The position numbers were made by a program, and so were the translations under genes. The notes under the pieces are model-generated. The model did no database searches and was not told the origin of the DNA. It saw only the letters and a program-made list of their open reading frames with translations. Shown here in pieces: positions 19,388 to 29,142 of a DNA stretch of 32,000 nt (the stretch's first letter is position 1; every line of letters begins with the position of its first letter). Location: assembly GCF_042660085.1 (NCBI RefSeq), contig NZ_JBHSTI010000008.1, forward strand, positions 780,001 to 812,000, given 5' to 3'. The stretch comes from Longivirga aurantiaca. GTDB taxonomy: Bacteria; Actinomycetota; Actinomycetes; S36-B12; CAIYMF01.

Positions 19388-21463
19388 ATGGGGTCGCGTG
19401 CACGTCCGTCGCTGCTGCGATGGTCGCTGTTCGCCGTGACCTGGCAGGTGTCGGTCTGGCTCGGCTGGGGCCTGATCCTGCTCGCCGCCCTGCTGCTGGA
19501 CACGAACGCGCTCTTCGGCGACTACGGCTGGCAGCTCGCCATGATCGCGGCGCTGGCGTTCCTCGGCGAGCTGCGCCCCGTCATCGCCTCGGACTTCCGC
19601 GAGGCCGAGGGCGTCCCGATCTCCGCGACCTTCGTGTTCGCGGCGCTCTACCTGTGGGGCTTCGCGCCGGCAGTCATCCTGCAGGCGCTCGCGATCCTGC
19701 TCAGCGAGATGGTCGCCCGCAAGGACGTCTGGAAGCTGATGTTCAACGTCGGCCAGTACGTCATCAGCCTCGTGGCCGCCTGGGTCGTGCTCGCGTGGGG
19801 CGGCGTCACGGGGCTCGCGTTCCGGCCCGACGCGTCGTTCCAGCCGCGCGACCTGGCCGTCCTCATCGTCGCGTGGTGGGTGTTCCACCTCGTCAACGTG
19901 ACGCTCGTCGCCGGGCTCGCCCGCGAGAACGGCCAGACCTGGTGGGAGTCGTTCAGCGAGGACTGGTGGTTCTACGCCTTCTCCACGCTGACGCCGCTCG
20001 CGATCTCGCCGTTCGTCGCCGTCATGGCGTACCAGGTGCCGATCATGCTGCCGCTCCTGCTGGTGCCGCTGTTCGCCGTCTACCGGACCGCGGCCATGGC
20101 GCGCGACAGCCAGCACCAGGCCCTGCACGACGCGCTGACGAACCTGCCGAACCGCGTCTACCTCGAGTCGCGCGCGACTCAGGCGCTCGACGAGGCCCGC
20201 CAGCAGCAGGACACGGTCGCCCTGTTCCTCCTCGACCTCGACCGGTTCAAGGAGGTCAACGACACCCTCGGCCACCCGGCGGGTGACGCGCTGCTCGAGG
20301 TCGTCGCCCGACGGCTGATCAGCGCGGTGCGCCCGATCGACGTGGTGGCGCGTCTCGGTGGCGACGAGTTCGCGGTGCTGCTGACCGACGTGGAGCAGCC
20401 GACCGACGCGATCGAGGTGGCCGGACGAGTCCGTGCCGCGCTGGCCGAGCCCGTCCGGCTCGAGGGCGTGCTCATGGACGTCGACGTCAGCATCGGCATC
20501 GCGCTGTCTCCTGTGCACGGCCACGACTTCGAGCAGCTCATGCGTCGTGCCGACGTCGCGATGTACGTCGCGAAGGGCGAGGGCACCGGCATCGAGCTCT
20601 ACGACGCCGCCCGCGACCCGAACTCTCCCGCGCGGCTCGGCACGGTCTCCGCCCTGCGCGAGGGGATCGAGCAGGGCCAACTCGAGCTGCACTACCAGCC
20701 GAAGGTCTCGCTGCGGGACGGCACGGTCGTGGGCGTCGAGGCCCTCGTGCGCTGGCAGCACCCCGAGCGCGGCATCGTGCCGCCGGACGAGTTCATCCCG
20801 CTCGCCGAGCGCACAGGCCTCGTGCACCAGATCACCGCCCACGTCCTGCGCGAGGGCCTGGGCCAGGCGCGGCTGTGGTGGGACCTCGGCCTGCAGGTCC
20901 CCATCGCGGTCAACGTCAGCATGCGCGACCTGCACGAGACCGACCTCGCCGGCCTCGTCGTCGCCGAGCTCGACCGGCACGGTCTGCCGCCCGACGCGAT
21001 CGTGCTCGAGGTGACCGAGAGCGTCCTCGTGCTCGATGCCGGCCGCGCGGTGGCCACCCTCCGCGAGCTGCGCGAGCTCGGCGTCAGCGCGTCGCTGGAC
21101 GACTTCGGCACCGGCTACTCGTCGCTGCTGCTCCTCGAGCAGCTGCCGGTCGACGAGGTGAAGATCGACCGGTCGTTCGTCCGACGCCTGGACGAGGAGG
21201 GCGGGGACCCGGCCATGGTCCGGTCCATCGTCGACTTCGCCCACGGTCTCGGCCTGTCCGTCGTCGCCGAGGGGCTCGAGACCTCGCACGCGTGGCGGCT
21301 CCTGCGGGAGTTCGGCTGCGACGTCGCCCAGGGCTACCGCATCTCGCGCCCCATGCCCTCCGACCAGGCCACCCAGTGGCTCGTCGAGCGCGTCGTGCGT
21401 GGGCCGGCCGAGCGGGCCGGGCTGCGCGCGGTGGGCTCGGCCCGGATCGTCGCGGACATCTGA
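19388..21463 (+). CDS. polytopic membrane sensor with GGDEF (diguanylate cyclase) and EAL (c-di-GMP phosphodiesterase) domains
   Basis: About 240 aa of N-terminal TM helices. Then LTNLPNR, LDLDRFKEVND, the I-site RPID five residues before RLGGDEF, and EAL-domain motifs VEALVRW, NVSMRD, LEVTES, DDFGTGYSS, KIDRSF, EGLET and QGY. GGAGGGG lies 3 nt upstream of the ATG. Confidence 0.9.
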   Translation: MGSRARPSLLRWSLFAVTWQVSVWLGWGLILLAALLLDTNALFGDYGWQLAMIAALAFLGELRPVIASDFREAEGVPISATFVFAALYLWGFAPAVILQALAILLSEMVARKDVWKLMFNVGQYVISLVAAWVVLAWGGVTGLAFRPDASFQPRDLAVLIVAWWVFHLVNVTLVAGLARENGQTWWESFSEDWWFYAFSTLTPLAISPFVAVMAYQVPIMLPLLLVPLFAVYRTAAMARDSQHQALHDALTNLPNRVYLESRATQALDEARQQQDTVALFLLDLDRFKEVNDTLGHPAGDALLEVVARRLISAVRPIDVVARLGGDEFAVLLTDVEQPTDAIEVAGRVRAALAEPVRLEGVLMDVDVSIGIALSPVHGHDFEQLMRRADVAMYVAKGEGTGIELYDAARDPNSPARLGTVSALREGIEQGQLELHYQPKVSLRDGTVVGVEALVRWQHPERGIVPPDEFIPLAERTGLVHQITAHVLREGLGQARLWWDLGLQVPIAVNVSMRDLHETDLAGLVVAELDRHGLPPDAIVLEVTESVLVLDAGRAVATLRELRELGVSASLDDFGTGYSSLLLLEQLPVDEVKIDRSFVRRLDEEGGDPAMVRSIVDFAHGLGLSVVAEGLETSHAWRLLREFGCDVAQGYRISRPMPSDQATQWLVERVVRGPAERAGLRAVGSARIVADI

Positions 21464-21471
21464 GCCGCGGA

Positions 21472-21493
21472 CGGAGGCCACCGGCGGCCTCCG
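21472..21493 (+). terminator. 8-bp GC hairpin after the GGDEF-EAL gene
   Basis: CGGAGGCC (21472-21479), loop ACCGGC, GGCCTCCG (21486-21493). It begins 9 nt after the stop and abuts the gatC -10 element. Confidence 0.5.
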
Positions 21494-21499
21494 TAGGAT
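21494..21499 (+). promoter_or_regulatory. -10 element TAGGAT placed 7 nt before gatC ATG 21507 (leaderless start predicted)
   Basis: TAnnnT match and no SD. It supports ATG 21507 over the in-frame ATG 21498, which lies inside the hexamer. Confidence 0.45.
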
Positions 21500-21506
21500 G
21501 AGCGGC

Positions 21507-21812
21507 ATGTCGGACACCCCCTCGATCTCGCGGGACGACGTCGCCCACCTCGCGCGGCTCGCCCGGATCGACCTCCCGCCCGAGTCCCTCGACCACTACG
21601 CCGAGCAGCTCGGCGTGATCCTCGGTGCGGTCGCCCAGGTGTCGGAGGTGGCCGCGGCCGACGTCCCCGCCACGAGCCACCCGATGCCGCTCGTGAACGT
21701 CTTCCGCGAGGACGTCGTGCGTCCGTCGCTCACCAACGCGGAGGCCCTCTCGGGTGCCCCCTCGGTCGAGGCCGAGCGGTTCCGGGTGCCGCGCATCCTG
21801 GACGAGGAGTGA
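21507..21812 (+). CDS. gatC: Asp-tRNA(Asn)/Glu-tRNA(Gln) amidotransferase subunit C
   Basis: [45 protein letters not shown]... is the typical GatC sequence. The alternative start 21498 adds MSG. Confidence 0.85.
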   Translation: MSDTPSISRDDVAHLARLARIDLPPESLDHYAEQLGVILGAVAQVSEVAAADVPATSHPMPLVNVFREDVVRPSLTNAEALSGAPSVEAERFRVPRILDEE

Positions 21813-21816
21813 CCCG

Positions 21817-23325
21817 GTGAGCACAGCGAGCACCGACCTGACCCGACTCACCGCCGCCGACACAGCGGCCAAGGTCGCGGGGGGCGAGGTGTCCGCCGTC
21901 GAGGTGGCCACCGCCCACCTCGACCGGATCGCCGCCGTCGACGACCGCGTCCACGCGTTCCTGCACGTCGACCGCGACGGCGCGCTCGCCGCGGCGTCCG
22001 CCGTCGACACCGCGCGGGCCGCCGGGGAGACGCTGTCCCCGCTGGCCGGAGTGCCCCTGGCGCTCAAGGACGTGCTCACCCAGAAGGGGATCCCGACCAC
22101 CTGCGGGTCGCGCATCCTCGAGGGGTGGCGCCCGCCGTACGACGCCACAGTCACCGCGCGGCTCAAGGCCGCCGGCGTCGTGATCCTCGGCAAGACCAAC
22201 ATGGACGAGTTCGCCATGGGGTCCTCGACCGAGCACTCGGCGTACGGACCCACCCACAACCCGTGGGACCTCGAGCGGATCCCCGGCGGCTCGGGCGGCG
22301 GCTCCGCCGCGGCCGTCGCGTCGTTCGAGGCGCCGCTCGCGATCGGCACCGACACCGGTGGCTCGATCCGCCAGCCCGCCGCCGTCACGGGCACCGTCGG
22401 CGTGAAGCCGACGTACGGCGCCGTCTCGCGCTACGGCCTCGTCGCGCTCGCGTCCTCGCTCGACCAGGCGGGCCCGTGCGCGCGGACGGTGCTCGACACC
22501 GCGCTGCTGCACTCGGTGATCGCCGGGCACGACCCGATGGACTCCACGTCGCTCGACGTCCCCGTGCCCGACGTCGTGGGTGCCGCCCTGCGCGGCGACG
22601 TGAAGGGCGTGCGCATCGGGATCGTCAAGGAGATCGGTGGCGAGGGCTTCCAGGCGGGTGTCCGCCAGCGCTTCGACGAGGCGGTCGAGATCCTGACCGG
22701 GCTCGGCGCCGAGGTCGTCGAGGTGTCGGCGCCGCACTTCCCGTACGCGCTCGCGGCGTACTACCTGATCCTGCCGAGCGAGTGCTCGAGCAACCTCGCC
22801 AAGTTCGACGGCGTGCGCTTCGGCCTGCGTGTGGGCGAGGACGACGGCAACCCGTCGATCGAGCAGGTCATGGGGCGCACCCGTGCTGCCGGCTTCGGCG
22901 ACGAGGTCATCCGCCGCATCATGCTCGGCACGTACGCGCTGTCGGCCGGCTACTACGACGCCTACTACGGCTCGGCCCAGAAGGTCCGCACCCTGATCCA
23001 GCGCGACTTCGCCGCCGCGTTCGAGCAGGTCGACGTCCTCATCTCGCCCACGGCGCCGACGACGGCGTTCAAGCTGGGGGAGAAGCTCGACGACCCGCTG
23101 GCGATGTACCTCAACGACGTCGCCACCATCCCGGCCAACCTCGCGGGCACACCCGGCATGTCGCTCCCGATCGGCCTCGCGCCCGAGGACGGCCTGCCCG
23201 TGGGTCTGCAGATCATGGCTCCCGCCATGGCCGACGACCGCCTGTACAACGTCGGCGCGGCGCTCGAGGCGGCGCTGCTCGACCGATGGGGTCACCCGAT
23301 CCTCGAGGAGGCTCCGGCGCTGTGA
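21817..23325 (+). CDS. gatA: Asp-tRNA(Asn)/Glu-tRNA(Gln) amidotransferase subunit A
   Basis: The GTG start lies 4 nt after the gatC stop. The amidase signature is [15 protein letters not shown]...[12 protein letters not shown]...[12 protein letters not shown]. Confidence 0.95.
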   Translation: MSTASTDLTRLTAADTAAKVAGGEVSAVEVATAHLDRIAAVDDRVHAFLHVDRDGALAAASAVDTARAAGETLSPLAGVPLALKDVLTQKGIPTTCGSRILEGWRPPYDATVTARLKAAGVVILGKTNMDEFAMGSSTEHSAYGPTHNPWDLERIPGGSGGGSAAAVASFEAPLAIGTDTGGSIRQPAAVTGTVGVKPTYGAVSRYGLVALASSLDQAGPCARTVLDTALLHSVIAGHDPMDSTSLDVPVPDVVGAALRGDVKGVRIGIVKEIGGEGFQAGVRQRFDEAVEILTGLGAEVVEVSAPHFPYALAAYYLILPSECSSNLAKFDGVRFGLRVGEDDGNPSIEQVMGRTRAAGFGDEVIRRIMLGTYALSAGYYDAYYGSAQKVRTLIQRDFAAAFEQVDVLISPTAPTTAFKLGEKLDDPLAMYLNDVATIPANLAGTPGMSLPIGLAPEDGLPVGLQIMAPAMADDRLYNVGAALEAALLDRWGHPILEEAPAL

Positions 23326-24851
23326 GCACCCAGACGACCGAGAAGGTCCTTCCCTACGACGAGGTCGTGGCGCGCTTCGACCCGGTGCTCGGGCTCGAGG
23401 TGCACGTCGAGCTCGGCACGGTCACGAAGATGTTCTGCGGCTGCCCGACCGAGTTCGGTGCCGCACCGAACACCCAGGTGTGCCCGGTGTGCCTCGGTCT
23501 GCCCGGTGCGCTGCCGGCGGTCAACGCCGTGGCGGTGGAGTCGGCGATCCGCATCGGCCTCGCGCTCAACTGCTCGATCGCCGAGTGGTGCCGCTTCGCG
23601 CGGAAGAACTACTTCTACCCGGACATGCCGAAGAACTTCCAGACCTCGCAGTACGACGAGCCCATCGCGTACGACGGCTACCTCGACGTCGAGGTCGAGA
23701 CCGACGAGGGCATGACGACCTTCCGCGTCGAGATCGAGCGCGCGCACATGGAGGAGGACACCGGCAAGACCAGCCACCAGGGCGGCGCGACCGGTCGGAT
23801 CCACGGTGCCGACTACTCGCTCGTCGACTACAACCGCGCCGGCATCCCGCTGATCGAGATCGTCACCAAGCCGGTCGCGGGCACCGGCAAGTACGCGCCC
23901 GAGGTGGCGCGCGCCTACGTCACCGCGCTGCGCGAGGTGCTGCGCGGGTTGGGCGTCTCGGACGTGAAGATGGAGCAGGGCTCGCTGCGCTGCGACGCCA
24001 ACGTGTCGCTGCGGCCGTCGCCCGAGTCTCCCCTCGGCACGCGCACGGAGACCAAGAACGTGAACTCGCTGCGCTCGGTCGAGCGCGCGGTGCGCTACGA
24101 GATGACGCGGCAGGCGGCGATCCTCGCCGACGGCGGTCGCATCGTGCAGGAGACCCGGCACTGGCACGAGGACACGGGCATCACGACCTCGGGCCGCGAG
24201 AAGTCCGACGCCGAGGACTACCGCTACTTCCCGGAGCCCGATCTCGTCCCGATCGCGCCCTCGCGCGAGTGGGTCGAGCAGCTGCGGGCGACGCTCCCGG
24301 AGAACCCCGCCGTCCGTCAGGCGCGCCTCAAGGCGGCGTGGGGCATCACCGACTTCGAGATGGCCTCGGTGGTCAACGCGGGCGCCCTCGACCTCGTGGA
24401 GCAGACCGTGGCGGCCGGTGCCGACCAGGGTGCCGCGCGCAAGTGGTGGACCGGCGAGCTCGCCCGCATCGCGAACGAGCGCGGCGCCGAGGTGGCCGAC
24501 CTCCCGATCACTCCGGCCGACGTCGCGCGGGTCGAGGCCCTCATCGGGGAGGGCGCGCTCAACGACAAGCTCGCCCGCCAGGTGATCGAGGGGGTCCTCG
24601 CGGGCGAGGGCAGGCCGGACGACGTCGTCGCCTCGCGCGCGCTCGCCGTCGTCAGCGACGACGGCCCGCTGCTCGCAGCCATCGACGATGCGCTCGCCGC
24701 CCAGCCCGACGTCGCCGACAAGATCCGCGGCGGCAAGGCGGCCGCGGCCGGTGCCATCGTCGGGGCGGTCATGAAGGCGACGCGCGGCCAGGCCGACGCC
24801 GGCCGCGTGCGGGCACTGCTGCTCGAGCGCCTCGGCGTCACCGAGGAGTAG
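23322..24851 (+). CDS. gatB: Asp-tRNA(Asn)/Glu-tRNA(Gln) amidotransferase subunit B
   Basis: The GTG overlaps the gatA stop as GTGA (23322-23325). [42 protein letters not shown] and a C-terminal YqeY-like tail are present. This is the 509-aa 3' part of track ORF 22125..24851. Confidence 0.95.
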   Translation: MSTQTTEKVLPYDEVVARFDPVLGLEVHVELGTVTKMFCGCPTEFGAAPNTQVCPVCLGLPGALPAVNAVAVESAIRIGLALNCSIAEWCRFARKNYFYPDMPKNFQTSQYDEPIAYDGYLDVEVETDEGMTTFRVEIERAHMEEDTGKTSHQGGATGRIHGADYSLVDYNRAGIPLIEIVTKPVAGTGKYAPEVARAYVTALREVLRGLGVSDVKMEQGSLRCDANVSLRPSPESPLGTRTETKNVNSLRSVERAVRYEMTRQAAILADGGRIVQETRHWHEDTGITTSGREKSDAEDYRYFPEPDLVPIAPSREWVEQLRATLPENPAVRQARLKAAWGITDFEMASVVNAGALDLVEQTVAAGADQGAARKWWTGELARIANERGAEVADLPITPADVARVEALIGEGALNDKLARQVIEGVLAGEGRPDDVVASRALAVVSDDGPLLAAIDDALAAQPDVADKIRGGKAAAAGAIVGAVMKATRGQADAGRVRALLLERLGVTEE

Positions 24852-24858
24852 CCGAGCC

Positions 24859-25848
24859 GTGGTCCCTGACCCGCGGGGCGTGCTCGAGGCGTTCGCGCTC
24901 CCGGGTGAGCCGACGGCGTACGTCGAGGTCGCCGGCGGGTGGTCGAACCTCGTCCTCCGGCTGACCACGACGCACGGCGACTACGCCGTGAAGGAGCTGC
25001 GCAACGCCTGGGGCGAGCCGCGGTGGCTCGACTGGCTGGCGGAGGGCTGGCGGCTCGAGACCGCATGTGCCGCAGCCGGTGTGCCGGTGCCCGAGCCCGT
25101 CCCTGCTCCGGACGGCGGCTGCCTCGCCTGGGTGCCGTCGACCGACGGTGGCGCCGACGTCCCGGTGCGCGTGCACCGGTGGGCGGAGGCGAGCACCGTG
25201 CCGCGCGAGCCTGTCGGCGCCCCGCTCGCCGAGTGGCTCGGTCGCACGCTGGCCGCCGTGCACCGGCTCGCGCTGACGCCGCTGCGCCCCGACCTGTACG
25301 CCGGACGCGTCGGTCTCACGACCGCGGGCGTCTGGCCGGACCTCGTCGGCCGGGCGACGTCGGCAGGCGTGCCGTGGGCATCGGACCTCGCGGATGCCGA
25401 GCCGGTGGCCCGAGCGGCCTCGGCGCTGCTCGCGGAGGGAGACCGGGACGGCGAGGTGCTCTGCCACGGCGACGTCGACCAGAAGAACCTCCTGCTCGGC
25501 GCAGGCGGGCCGCTGCTCATCGACTGGGACGTCGTCCTGCCCACGGTGCCCGCCCACGACCTCGCGCACGCCGCGCTCACGATGGCTGCCTGGAGCTCCC
25601 CGGAGGTCGCTGGCGCGGTGGTCCGCGCGTACCGCGCCTCCGGCGGCGACCCCGCCCCGGTCGAGCCGCAGCACCTCGGCCCGGCCCTCGCTTCCCGGCT
25701 CGGCTGGATCCGCTTCACGGTCGACCGCGCCCTGGATGCGGGTGCGTCGGTGCAGGACCGGGCGGCGGGCGACGCGGTACCCGGGCTCCTGGCCGACCTC
25801 CGGCACCGCGTGGCGACGGCCGAGCGCATCACGACCTGGCTCTCGTGA
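24859..25848 (+). CDS. phosphotransferase (APH / choline-kinase-fold) family protein, substrate unknown
   Basis: N-lobe GGWSNLVLRL...YAVKEL, catalytic loop HGDVDQKNLLL (HxDxxxxN), and metal-binding IDWD. The GTG start lies 7 nt after the gatB stop. Confidence 0.75.
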   Translation: MVPDPRGVLEAFALPGEPTAYVEVAGGWSNLVLRLTTTHGDYAVKELRNAWGEPRWLDWLAEGWRLETACAAAGVPVPEPVPAPDGGCLAWVPSTDGGADVPVRVHRWAEASTVPREPVGAPLAEWLGRTLAAVHRLALTPLRPDLYAGRVGLTTAGVWPDLVGRATSAGVPWASDLADAEPVARAASALLAEGDRDGEVLCHGDVDQKNLLLGAGGPLLIDWDVVLPTVPAHDLAHAALTMAAWSSPEVAGAVVRAYRASGGDPAPVEPQHLGPALASRLGWIRFTVDRALDAGASVQDRAAGDAVPGLLADLRHRVATAERITTWLS

Positions 25849-25954
25849 CCGTCGCTGCACCCGCTGCCACAACCATGACCTGCCCGCTGGCTCTGCTCCT
25901 GGGCGGGGGTCGGCACGAAGGTCGTCGTGGTCCGCTGAGGCGGCGGTCGGGCGC

Positions 25955-25960
25955 TAGCGT
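25955..25960 (+). promoter_or_regulatory. -10 element TAGCGT placed 6 nt before ATG 25967 (leaderless start predicted)
   Basis: TAnnnT match and no SD. Confidence 0.4.
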
Positions 25961-25966
25961 CGACCC

Positions 25967-26905
25967 ATGCCCGACGACGTCCTCCTGCTCCCGTGGCACG
26001 ACCACGCCACCTCGCTCGGCGGCGCCACCGACGGGCTCGAGGTGCACTCCTGGGCCGAGGGTGAGGAGGCGCCGAGCACGGACGTGCTCGAGCGCGTCAC
26101 CTTCTACGTCCCGCAGTACCTCGGCGGTCGATCTGCGCTCGAGGCCATGACCCGCATGCCGTCGCTGCGGACGGTGCAGTCGCTCTGGGCGGGCGTCGAC
26201 GCGGTGTGGCCGTTCCTGCCGGACGGCGTCGCGCTGCACAACGCCGCCGGCGTGCACGACGCGAGCACGGCGGAGCTCGCCGTCGGGCTCGCGCTGGCGC
26301 GGCTGCGCGGGCTCGACGAGTTCGCCCGCAACCAGACGACCGGCTCCTGGCTCCCGCGGCGCAACGACGCGATCGCCGACAAGCGCGTGCTGATCCTCGG
26401 ATTCGGCCGCATCGGCCAGGCGATCGAGCAGCGGCTCGCGGGCTTCGAGTGCGAGGTGGTCCGCGTCGCGCGTTCCGCGCGCACGCTCGACGACGGGCGG
26501 CACGTGCAGGCGATGTCCGAGCTGCCCGACCTGCTCCCGACCGTCGACGTCGTGATCCTCATCGTCCCGGCGACGGAGGAGACGGTCGGGCTGGTCGACT
26601 CCGGGTTCCTCGCGCTGATGCGGCCCGGAGCACTGCTGGTCAACGTGGCGCGAGGGCCGGTCGTGGTGACGGACGACCTCGTGGCCGCGCTGCACGACGG
26701 GCGGGTACGCGCGGCTCTCGACGTCACCGACCCCGAACCACTGCCGGCCGACCACCCGCTGTGGTCCGCTCCCGGGGTCCTGATCAGCCCGCACATCGGC
26801 GGCAACAGCAGCGCCTTCGAGCCGCGGGCACGTCGCCTCGTCGCGGCGCAGATCCGCCGCCTCCGCGCGGGCGAGCCGCTCGACAACCTCGTGGCCCGCC
26901 CGTAG
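25967..26905 (+). CDS. D-isomer-specific 2-hydroxyacid dehydrogenase family, NAD-binding
   Basis: VLILGFGRIGQAIEQRL (GxGxxG), LLVNVARG, LDVTDPEPLP, and SPHIGG with the catalytic His. Confidence 0.85.
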   Translation: MPDDVLLLPWHDHATSLGGATDGLEVHSWAEGEEAPSTDVLERVTFYVPQYLGGRSALEAMTRMPSLRTVQSLWAGVDAVWPFLPDGVALHNAAGVHDASTAELAVGLALARLRGLDEFARNQTTGSWLPRRNDAIADKRVLILGFGRIGQAIEQRLAGFECEVVRVARSARTLDDGRHVQAMSELPDLLPTVDVVILIVPATEETVGLVDSGFLALMRPGALLVNVARGPVVVTDDLVAALHDGRVRAALDVTDPEPLPADHPLWSAPGVLISPHIGGNSSAFEPRARRLVAAQIRRLRAGEPLDNLVARP

Positions 26906-26950
26906 CGTCGCCCGCGCAGACCCCAGGGGCAGGGTCGCTGAGGGGGAGAC

Positions 26951-27274
26951 ATGAGCGTTCCGCTCGCCGCTGGGTCGATGCCGGGCAGCGCTGCTGCCGA
27001 CGGCCTGTTCGCGATCGTGCCCGTGCTCATCGGTATCGGCTTCGTGGTCGTGATCGGCACGATCATCTACCGGTTCTACGCGGCGCGCCGCGAGGGGCTC
27101 GACCCGCTGGCGGGCGACCTCCAGCTCATGGCGGCGGCGAGGGACTCCCAGCTGCTCGCGCCCGAGCGCAGCCCCGAGGAGCGCCTCGCCGAGATCGACG
27201 CGCTGCTCGCGGCCGGCACCATCACCGAGGACGAGCACGAGGCGGCTCGGGCCCGCATCATCAGCACCCTCTGA
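26951..27274 (+). CDS. small single-pass membrane protein with C-terminal SHOCT domain
   Basis: One TM helix (LFAIVPVLIGIGFVVVIGTIIY) and a C-terminal ERLAEIDALLAAGTITEDEHEAARARII matching the SHOCT pattern. GAGGGGGAG lies upstream of the ATG. Confidence 0.65.
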   Translation: MSVPLAAGSMPGSAAADGLFAIVPVLIGIGFVVVIGTIIYRFYAARREGLDPLAGDLQLMAAARDSQLLAPERSPEERLAEIDALLAAGTITEDEHEAARARIISTL

Positions 27275-27337
27275 CGCCCTCCCAGGACAGGCCCTTCATC
27301 TCGTGGGGCTCCGGCGGTGGTACGGCGGGGGACCTCG

Positions 27338-27343
27338 TAGGCT
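27338..27343 (+). promoter_or_regulatory. -10 element TAGGCT placed 6 nt before ilvD GTG 27350 (leaderless start predicted)
   Basis: TAnnnT match and no SD. Confidence 0.45.
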
Positions 27344-27349
27344 CGGCCC

Positions 27350-29035
27350 GTGAGCACCGAGACCCCCGACATCAAGCCACGCAGCCGTACCGTCACCGAC
27401 GGGCTCGAGCGAGCCGCCGCGCGCGGCATGCTCCGCGCCGTCGGCATGGGTGACGACGACTGGGTGAAGCCGCAGATCGGCATCGCCTCGTCGTGGAACG
27501 AGATCACCCCCTGCAACCTGTCCCTCGACCGCCTTGCGGACGCCGCCAAGAACGGCGTGCACGCCGGCGGCGGCTACCCGCTCGAGTTCGGCACGATCTC
27601 GGTGTCGGACGGCATCTCGATGGGCCACGTGGGCATGCACTTCTCGCTCGTGAGCCGCGACGTCATCGCCGACTCCGTCGAGTGCGTGTTCGAGGCCGAG
27701 CGGCTCGACGGCGGCGTGCTTCTCGCAGGCTGCGACAAGTCCGAGCCCGCGATGCTCATGGCCGCCGCCCGCCTCGACATCGCCGCGGTGTTCCTCTACG
27801 CGGGGTCGATCCTGCCGGGCAAGGTCGGCGACAGGGACGTCACGATCATCGACGCCTTCGAGGCGGTCGGCGCCTGCGCCCGCGGGCTCATCACCCGCGA
27901 GGAGGTCGACGCCATCGAGCGGGCGATCTGCCCGGGCGAGGGCGCGTGCGGCGGCATGTACACGGCCAACACCATGGCCGCTGCGGCCGAGGCCATGGGC
28001 ATGAGCCTCCCCGGCTCCGCCGCGCCCCCCGCGGTCGACCGCCGACGCGACGGCTTCGCGCACCGCTCGGGCCTGGCCGTGGTCGAGCTGCTCCGCCGCG
28101 GCATCACGACCCGCGACATCATCACGCGCGAGTCGCTGCTCAACGCGATCGCGGTCGTCGTCGCGCTCGGCGGCTCGACCAACGCCGTGCTGCACCTGCT
28201 CGCGATCGCGCACGAGGCGCACGTCCAGCTCGACATCGAGGACTTCAACACCGTCGCCGACAAGGTGCCGCACCTCGCGAACGTCAAGCCGTTCGGCCAG
28301 TACGTCATGAGCGACGTCGACCGCATCGGCGGCATCCCCGTCGTCATGAAGGCCCTGCTCGACGCCGGCCTGCTCGACGGCGACTGCCTCACGGTCACGG
28401 GCAAGACGATGGCGGAGAACCTCGCCGCCATCGCCCCGCCGGACCCGGACGGCAAGATCCTGCGCTCCCTCTCGGACCCGATCCACAAGACGGGCGGCCT
28501 CGCCATCCTCTCGGGCTCGCTCGCGCCCGAGGGCGCCGTGGTCAAGACCGCGGGCTTCGACAGCGACGTCTTCGAGGGCAACGCCCGCGTGTTCGACGGC
28601 GAGGCCGGCGCGATGCAGGCGGTCGAGGACGGCACGCTGCAGAAGGACGACGTCGTCGTCATCCGCTACGAGGGGCCCAAGGGCGGCCCCGGCATGCGCG
28701 AGATGCTCGCCGTCACCGGCGCCATCAAGGGTGCCGGGCTCGGCAAGGACGTCCTGCTGATCACCGACGGCCGGTTCTCCGGCGGCACGACCGGCCTGTG
28801 CGTCGGGCACGTGGCGCCCGAGGCGGTCGACGGCGGCCCGATCGCGTTCGTGAAGGACGGCGACCGCATCCGCCTCGACGCCGCGGCCCGCACGCTCGAC
28901 CTGCTCGTGGACGACGCGGAGCTCGAGGCCCGCAAGGCGGGCTGGCAGCCGCCGGCACCCAAGCACCAGCGAGGCGTCCTCTCGAAGTACGCCAAGCTCG
29001 TCGGCTCGGCCCGGTACGGCGCCGTCCTCGACTGA
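27350..29035 (+). CDS. ilvD: dihydroxy-acid dehydratase
   Basis: [51 protein letters not shown] and [10 protein letters not shown] are canonical IlvD/Edd motifs. Confidence 0.95.
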   Translation: MSTETPDIKPRSRTVTDGLERAAARGMLRAVGMGDDDWVKPQIGIASSWNEITPCNLSLDRLADAAKNGVHAGGGYPLEFGTISVSDGISMGHVGMHFSLVSRDVIADSVECVFEAERLDGGVLLAGCDKSEPAMLMAAARLDIAAVFLYAGSILPGKVGDRDVTIIDAFEAVGACARGLITREEVDAIERAICPGEGACGGMYTANTMAAAAEAMGMSLPGSAAPPAVDRRRDGFAHRSGLAVVELLRRGITTRDIITRESLLNAIAVVVALGGSTNAVLHLLAIAHEAHVQLDIEDFNTVADKVPHLANVKPFGQYVMSDVDRIGGIPVVMKALLDAGLLDGDCLTVTGKTMAENLAAIAPPDPDGKILRSLSDPIHKTGGLAILSGSLAPEGAVVKTAGFDSDVFEGNARVFDGEAGAMQAVEDGTLQKDDVVVIRYEGPKGGPGMREMLAVTGAIKGAGLGKDVLLITDGRFSGGTTGLCVGHVAPEAVDGGPIAFVKDGDRIRLDAAARTLDLLVDDAELEARKAGWQPPAPKHQRGVLSKYAKLVGSARYGAVLD

Positions 29036-29050
29036 GCCGGCACGCCCGCG

Positions 29051-29085
29051 CCGCGGCCCGACCCCACGACGGGGTCGGGCCGCGG
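29051..29085 (+). terminator. 15-bp perfect GC-rich hairpin after ilvD (U-tract-poor intrinsic terminator candidate)
   Basis: CCGCGGCCCGACCCC (29051-29065), loop ACGAC, GGGGTCGGGCCGCGG (29071-29085). It begins 16 nt after the stop and is followed by CCGTTCT. Confidence 0.6.
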
Positions 29086-29142
29086 CCGTTCTGGGACCTG
29101 TCGCGACCTCAAGGTCCCCCCACCTGCGCCGATGTACGCAGA

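Noticed and set aside
21093-21127. 35-nt stretch identical to 31112-31146 (CGCTGGACGACTTCGGCACCGGCTACTCGTCGCTG), a possible dispersed repeat or mobile-element end
   Set aside because: Both copies encode the invariant EAL-domain motif LDDFGTGYSSL in two paralogous genes using the same preferred GC-rich codons. The identity stops at the motif edges, so it is coding conservation and not a repeat element.
21498-21500. Upstream in-frame ATG as the gatC start (MSGMSDT...)
   Set aside because: This ATG lies inside the TAGGAT -10 hexamer, which sits 7 nt before ATG 21507. GatC proteins typically begin directly with the MS..ISR..V.HLA segment, so 21507 is preferred, though the upstream ATG is not excluded.
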